The notes beneath the pieces were generated by a model that was not told where the DNA came from, did not search any database, and was given only the letters and a program-made list of their open reading frames with translations. The translations under genes and the position numbers were made by a program. Shown here piece by piece: positions 55,997-60,555 of a stretch of 60,555 nucleotides of DNA (the first letter of the stretch is position 1; each line of letters starts with the position of its first letter). Where the stretch lies: positions 128,001 through 188,555 of IMG/VR virus record IMGVR_UViG_3300017971_000004, one strand, 5' to 3'. Source of the DNA: a virus (Duplodnaviria; Heunggongvirae; Uroviricota; Caudoviricetes).

Positions 55997-58900
55997 CTAG
56001 TCACCGACACCAGTCGGCAGACCACCGCCTGCCGGACGTTCGATTCCCTCGTCCAAGGCCTCTCCCCCACCAGGAGCGCTCCCCGGCGGCTTCGAAACGT
56101 CGTCCATGCCTCCAGAAGGCTTTCCGGCTGCTCCAGGAGGCTTGGCCCCTGCTCCGGGTCCTCCGGGCGGCTTCGCGCCTCCAGCGCCGGCCTGCTGCGT
56201 CTGCTGGAGGAATTCCCGAGCCAGGTCCTTGCCGAGGGTCTGTTCGATCTTCTCGCGCTTGGACTTGAACTCCTTCATGGACTTTTCGAGTTCCTCGGTG
56301 GCGTCGAGACCCACGGCCCCGGCAACGGTCGAATCGGAGATCTGGATGCCAAACTTCGCCAGCATCGCATAGGCCTGGAGAAGATCCTGATCCACGCCCG
56401 GATCGAGCTTGTTGCGCCACTTGAGAGTGGGCATCAGGATCATGTTCTCCTCTTCGATCTCCTGTGCGGTCCGCTTGATGCGGTAGCGATGATGCACCTC
56501 AGAGGGTTTCGCGGTAAACCACTCGTTGATCTCGGAGATGGGGCGGAAGAACTTCGGATAGAGCCAGAAGTTCTCCAGGAACTGACGCAGCGAGAGCAGC
56601 CGGCGCAAGAAGACCTGAAGACCACTCTTGGCCGAATTGAACGATGCGACGTTGTTCAATGTATAGCTGCTCGTCTCCTGTACCGTCAGACTATAAACGT
56701 AAGGATTGAGCTTCTTGTCCACCTGCACAGTCTCTACCGACTTGACCGGAAGATAGATGTACTCGTCGTCTACGAAAACCTCGTGACGTTCACCTTGATG
56801 GTTATCCTTCTCGAACCCAGTCCAATCTACCTCATCCCAGACAGCAGAAACCTCCGACCAAACCAGCTCAGCAAGAGGTCGAGCTTGCTTTCCGGAACAA
56901 GTAATATAATGACATTCCTGGTGGACGTACCCTTTCTCGTCCCTGCGCTCAGGAGAGGTATGCACGTAGCATGAATACCCCAACTGAGCGAGAATAACTT
57001 CGAGCTGTCGCATCAGTTGAGTCGAGGTAGTAGTGTATACTACATCGAGGCGATTACCATTCTTGAAAAGATAGCCGTCGCCTCGATACATGCCTTTCAG
57101 GAGTTCTTTCTTCAACTCCAGGTTCCAGCCCATCACCTCGGACGAGAGTCGCTTCGTGCCACTCCCTTTTCCTCCATTCTCTTCCAGATAGGTGCTCAGC
57201 GGGGTTGCCGTCGTGGGAACATACACCGTGAAAGATGGAACCTCCGAGTCAGGCTGCTTGTAGGAACGCTGGATGGTACAGAGGTGACCAAAAGATTCCA
57301 ACAGCTCGGCCACATCCGCAACGTAGAACTCTTCTTTGGCACAATCCACTCTCCCGAACGAGAACCTCGTCGTCTTGTTTCCAGAATCGGAAACCGTGAA
57401 CTCCGTCGAACCCTCCGCCGCGTAGTATCCCAGCAACCTGGCCTTAGCCAAATTTTCCTCTGAAGAAGGAGTAGCGGACACCTCGAATCCGCGAGGGATC
57501 ATCAACCAGTCCCCCATACGAACTTCGTCAGCGCGCAACCGTTGATAAGGATAGTGCTCACTGGGGAAAGACGCAATGACAGCGTCCCCGTGCTTGTAGT
57601 CGATCCACTCGCGGTCTCGACCTGCACGGAGGGTATTCTTGTGATGCTGCGGAGAGAAGGAGCGCCATTGCCGTCGTCCTTGACTTGTTCCCTTCTCGTC
57701 CCCAAGATCCTCCCCGCAACCACACAAGCATTTATGTGGTCGAGCGAATACAGGAAGCTCGTGGTAATCAGTAAGAGTAAGCTCGCGGTCACCGTATAAA
57801 GTGATCTTGACCATCTCGTCCGGAGCCGGATACTCCAAGACATCAACTACCTTACGAGACTTCCCGAAGCGATCCATTACAGCATCGCCCTTCCGAATCT
57901 CTTCAACCCCTACGTATGAGGAATCCCCCTTCCGCACAGGAGTGCGAGAGAGGCTACAAGCGTAGGTCACTTCGCCGGTCATGAAGCTCTTCGAAAGACC
58001 CAGCGCCAGCAACTTCACTTTCTCGATGACGTCGTGCTGTTGGTGAATCGAGATGGCGCGGTCGGTCGTGCCCCAGGCCTCGAAGTTGATGCCGTAGTGG
58101 TAGATGATCCACGCCTGCGGGTCGGCCTCGGCGCGGTTCAACATCTCCAGCAACTTCACCTCGGCACCGGGAGCCGGGATCCACCCGGTCTGGGGATCAC
58201 CCAACTTGATGACCTTGACCGGGGCCGCGTGTCTTCGATAGGTGGCGATGGTGCTGTTGTAGACCGCATCCTCGACCATGAAGATGCGCCACATCCGACT
58301 CGCCAGGCTCGTTCCGCGAACTTCATGAAGATGGAGCTTCCTCGGAATGAACGTGGCGTTGAGCGGACTCAGCCTGATCTTCTGCCGCGCCATGATCTTG
58401 GCCACGAACTCGGCGGGCAACCTCGACCGGAACTCCCTCGATTCCGGAGATCCATCCGAAAGCAGCCGCCGGATGCTCTCGTCCGGCACGAAGTTGAGGA
58501 TTGGGTCCATGTTGACGATGGGAGCGTCGATGACCTCGACGTAGTCGGGATCATGCATCCCGATGTAGGTCCAGATGCCCAGATCGTCATCGAAGAAACA
58601 GTGGGGGATGGCTTCGCCGAAGACCAAGTAGTCGCGAACGATGTACCGGAGACGATCCATCAGGTTCGTGACCTGACACATGTATTCCAGCGTGTCCCGG
58701 ATCTCGTGGCTCTTCTCGTCCCCGACCACGATGTCGAAGTCGCTGACGAGCATCTCGGCGTACATGTCTATCGCGCATCCGAAGATCGGATCGACACGAT
58801 GGAACAGTCGCCAGTCCTCGTTGGCCTCCTCCCGGCTCTTCGGATACTGAACTCGGTCCGGGGATTCGACCTGCGGCAGGTAAGGCCGCTGCATGTGGTA

Positions 58901-59143
58901 CAGCGAGCTGCCCCCTCCACCTCCGCCACCGGAATACGGCGTGACGCCGTATGGCATCCCAGAGAAGTAGCCAGAACCTTCGCGACGCGAAGGCGTCATC
59001 GCCAAGGTGGCACCCTTCGGCAACACGCTCGCCGCCAGCTCCCTCCGATGATAGGAGGGGTCGGCGTTAATGAGCCGAGGCTGGAACTGGTTGGCGGCAG
59101 CCCTGCGCGTCGGAATGAAGCTTTCTTTCAGATCATCAGTCAT
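55997..59143 (-). CDS. Portal protein (about 607-aa extein) interrupted by an intein
   Basis: RVDPIFGCAIDMYAEM, VRDYLVFGEAI, HDPDYVEV, RGTSLASR, VIKLGDP; C-terminal Gly/Pro tail; position at the start of the head module. Confidence 0.85.
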   Translation of the reverse strand: MTDDLKESFIPTRRAAANQFQPRLINADPSYHRRELAASVLPKGATLAMTPSRREGSGYFSGMPYGVTPYSGGGGGGGSSLYHMQRPYLPQVESPDRVQYPKSREEANEDWRLFHRVDPIFGCAIDMYAEMLVSDFDIVVGDEKSHEIRDTLEYMCQVTNLMDRLRYIVRDYLVFGEAIPHCFFDDDLGIWTYIGMHDPDYVEVIDAPIVNMDPILNFVPDESIRRLLSDGSPESREFRSRLPAEFVAKIMARQKIRLSPLNATFIPRKLHLHEVRGTSLASRMWRIFMVEDAVYNSTIATYRRHAAPVKVIKLGDPQTGWIPAPGAEVKLLEMLNRAEADPQAWIIYHYGINFEAWGTTDRAISIHQQHDVIEKVKLLALGLSKSFMTGEVTYACSLSRTPVRKGDSSYVGVEEIRKGDAVMDRFGKSRKVVDVLEYPAPDEMVKITLYGDRELTLTDYHELPVFARPHKCLCGCGEDLGDEKGTSQGRRQWRSFSPQHHKNTLRAGRDREWIDYKHGDAVIASFPSEHYPYQRLRADEVRMGDWLMIPRGFEVSATPSSEENLAKARLLGYYAAEGSTEFTVSDSGNKTTRFSFGRVDCAKEEFYVADVAELLESFGHLCTIQRSYKQPDSEVPSFTVYVPTTATPLSTYLEENGGKGSGTKRLSSEVMGWNLELKKELLKGMYRGDGYLFKNGNRLDVVYTTTSTQLMRQLEVILAQLGYSCYVHTSPERRDEKGYVHQECHYITCSGKQARPLAELVWSEVSAVWDEVDWTGFEKDNHQGERHEVFVDDEYIYLPVKSVETVQVDKKLNPYVYSLTVQETSSYTLNNVASFNSAKSGLQVFLRRLLSLRQFLENFWLYPKFFRPISEINEWFTAKPSEVHHRYRIKRTAQEIEEENMILMPTLKWRNKLDPGVDQDLLQAYAMLAKFGIQISDSTVAGAVGLDATEELEKSMKEFKSKREKIEQTLGKDLAREFLQQTQQAGAGGAKPPGGPGAGAKPPGAAGKPSGGMDDVSKPPGSAPGGGEALDEGIERPAGGGLPTGVGD
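56636..57958 (-). mobile_element. Intein (441 aa) with LAGLIDADG homing endonuclease in the portal gene
   Basis: Starts C(396)SLSRTPV, block B LTLTDYH, LAGLIDADG-like LLGYYAAEGS and LLKGMYRGDG, ends VYSLTV..SSYTLNNVASFN(836) before Ser+1; DNA is AT-richer than the exteins. Confidence 0.92.
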
Positions 59144-59579
59144 TCAAGAAGACCACGAACTCCTGCCCCTTGGGGGGCACCACAACTTTGTTGTCGACAT
59201 TGATGACGTTCTGAGAAGAGAGCGCCATCTCCTTGAGAATCCGGTCCGCAGCCTGCTGTCCCTCCATCTGGGCTTCCCGATGGTCCTTCTGGGCCTGCTT
59301 GAGGTCCTTCTGGGCCTGCTCCAGCTCGCGGTTGGCCTGCCGGATCCGATTCTCGGCCTCCTGGACCTTGAGGCCGGCCAGCTGGGCTTCGGCGGCGTGC
59401 AACCGGTTCAGTTGGATGAAACGTTGCGGATCTCGCTTCGGAGCATCCTCCTTGGGGACATCTTCGGACACTTCCTCGGCACCATCTTCGGGATCCTCGG
59501 ATTCCGGAACTTGAGAACCCTCCTCCGGCTTCTCGTAGATGTTGCGCACGTTGTCGTTGTCTTTGTCGTTTTCGGTCAT
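59136..59579 (-). CDS. Acidic/coiled-coil hypothetical protein (147 aa)
   Basis: Start reassigned to ATG 59579 (GGAGG RBS); heptad-like central helix. Confidence 0.7.
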   Translation of the reverse strand: MTENDKDNDNVRNIYEKPEEGSQVPESEDPEDGAEEVSEDVPKEDAPKRDPQRFIQLNRLHAAEAQLAGLKVQEAENRIRQANRELEQAQKDLKQAQKDHREAQMEGQQAADRILKEMALSSQNVINVDNKVVVPPKGQEFVVFLND

Positions 59580-59605
59580 CTCATCCTCCAGGATCGAAAA
59601 GTCCT

Positions 59606-59619
59606 GGATATAATATACC
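59606..59619. promoter_or_regulatory. Near-palindromic AT-rich element GGATATAATATACC upstream of the portal operon
   Basis: Sits in the 59580-59638 intergenic gap; related to the GATATAATA motif. Confidence 0.45.
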
Positions 59620-59638
59620 AGATGGATTGCGCCGGAGA

Positions 59639-59866
59639 TTACCTCGCGAACTCGAACTCCTTTTGACAATCCGCGTTGGAGCACTGGTACTTGCCATCTT
59701 CGATCTTGGTCAAGGTCGAACATCCGCAAGAAGTTTCCTCTGCCTCGACCTGGGCTCGAAGACTCGCCAGATCCTCCTCCAAGGACGTGATGTACGTGGC
59801 CCTGGCCGTCTCGATCTCGGACAACTTGGATTCGATGCTCGCCAAAAGCTCTTGCCGCGTCGGCAT
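59639..59866 (-). CDS. Small coiled-coil protein with C-terminal Cys4 zinc ribbon
   Basis: CGC...YQCSNADC; GGAGG RBS. Confidence 0.7.
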   Translation of the reverse strand: MPTRQELLASIESKLSEIETARATYITSLEEDLASLRAQVEAEETSCGCSTLTKIEDGKYQCSNADCQKEFEFAR

Positions 59867-59875
59867 CTCGACCTC

Positions 59876-60555
59876 CTACTGGTTCGCGCCCGGCGCGCTG
59901 GTGCTCGGGTTCCCGGTCTCGTCGTCGTCGCCATAGACGTTCGACGCGTTCGTGCCGGAAATGGACGTTCCGGCAGTGGAACTGACGCTCCGGTTGACGT
60001 TTCCGAGGAACGTCGAGTACAGGAACTTGGCCACCGGGATCGTCGCGACCGTCTGCTGGATGTTGCCCATGACCACGGCGTGCCGGACGTAGTATGTACC
60101 GGTACCGTCCGAACTATCGATGGAAGTGTGCTCCGCTGCACTAGTGGCCGTAAAGATGTTGCCGATGATGGTCACGCCCTCCAGCTGAGACGTGCCCAAG
60201 TTGAAGTAGATCCCGTAGCCGTTGCCGGTGCCATCGTGGTCCATATCGGTCATCGAATTGTTGACAATCCGACACCGGGTAGGACCGCCGACGATCTCGA
60301 TGCAAGTCCGACAATCCCAAGCAATGAAGATGTTGCCCTCGACGACGTTGTCGTACTGATCGATGGCGAGAACGCTCCCTTGCTGGGTGTTCGAGTAACC
60401 GATGTAGCGCAGGTAGAACTGGTTATTGGAGACGATGTTGCGCGGCGTTGTCACCTCCATCATGTTGACGCCGCTGCTCCAGGAAGTCGAAGTGGAACGT
60501 TCGCAACGGATCTGATTCCCGATGAACCGATGGTTTCCGATGTTTCCAGAACCGC
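59876..60555 (-). CDS. C-terminal part of a parallel beta-helix protein (partial)
   Basis: Frame is open to the right edge (GSGNIGNHRFIGNQIRC...); repeated V/I-x-G/N-N-x-F/I turns. Confidence 0.75.
   Translation of the reverse strand, partial: GSGNIGNHRFIGNQIRCERSTSTSWSSGVNMMEVTTPRNIVSNNQFYLRYIGYSNTQQGSVLAIDQYDNVVEGNIFIAWDCRTCIEIVGGPTRCRIVNNSMTDMDHDGTGNGYGIYFNLGTSQLEGVTIIGNIFTATSAAEHTSIDSSDGTGTYYVRHAVVMGNIQQTVATIPVAKFLYSTFLGNVNRSVSSTAGTSISGTNASNVYGDDDETGNPSTSAPGANQ

Noticed and set aside
1-60555. CRISPR arrays, tRNA/rRNA genes, stop-codon reassignment
   Set aside because: No regularly spaced repeats or cloverleaf-like intergenic segments were seen by eye (a tRNAscan/CRISPR finder run would be definitive). 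Genes end cleanly at TAA, TAG and TGA with tight coupling, consistent with code 11.

Overview
A 60.5 kb segment of a large, GC-rich (roughly 60% by eye) contractile-tailed dsDNA phage (myovirus/jumbo-phage architecture). Every real gene I can support is on the minus strand. Reading in transcription direction (right to left): partial beta-helix protein, portal with a 441-aa LAGLIDADG intein, Mu gpF-like head protein, prohead protease, scaffold, decoration protein, major capsid protein (MCP), a structured intergenic region followed by a gene whose in-frame N-terminus is an IscB-type PLMP/RRXRR domain, tandem paralogs, holin and spanin-like genes, neck proteins, sheath, two tube paralogs, a G/GT tail chaperone with a textbook -1 frameshift signal, three tandem tape-measure paralogs (the last with a SleB-like hydrolase domain), hub, spike, baseplate, a Cys-rich lipoprotein and HExxH peptidase, a low-GC HNH endonuclease and a 1561-aa beta-helix tail fibre/spike. 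These are followed by a wHTH-RHH regulator and a replication/nucleotide module: C2H2 protein, 5'-3' exonuclease-UDG fusion, DUF3310-TSCPD fusion, SNF2 helicase, Nudix, DnaC-like loader, DnaB-like helicase and partial DnaG primase. No tRNA, rRNA or CRISPR array was seen, and no terminase or clear endolysin lies in the window. The long plus-strand ORFs are antisense shadows. All family calls come from motif recognition by eye; no database search was run. The best novelty candidates are the orphan PLMP domain plus structured RNA behind the MCP gene, the triple tape-measure locus, a shared KRIA motif in head proteins, the portal intein and two enzyme fusions.
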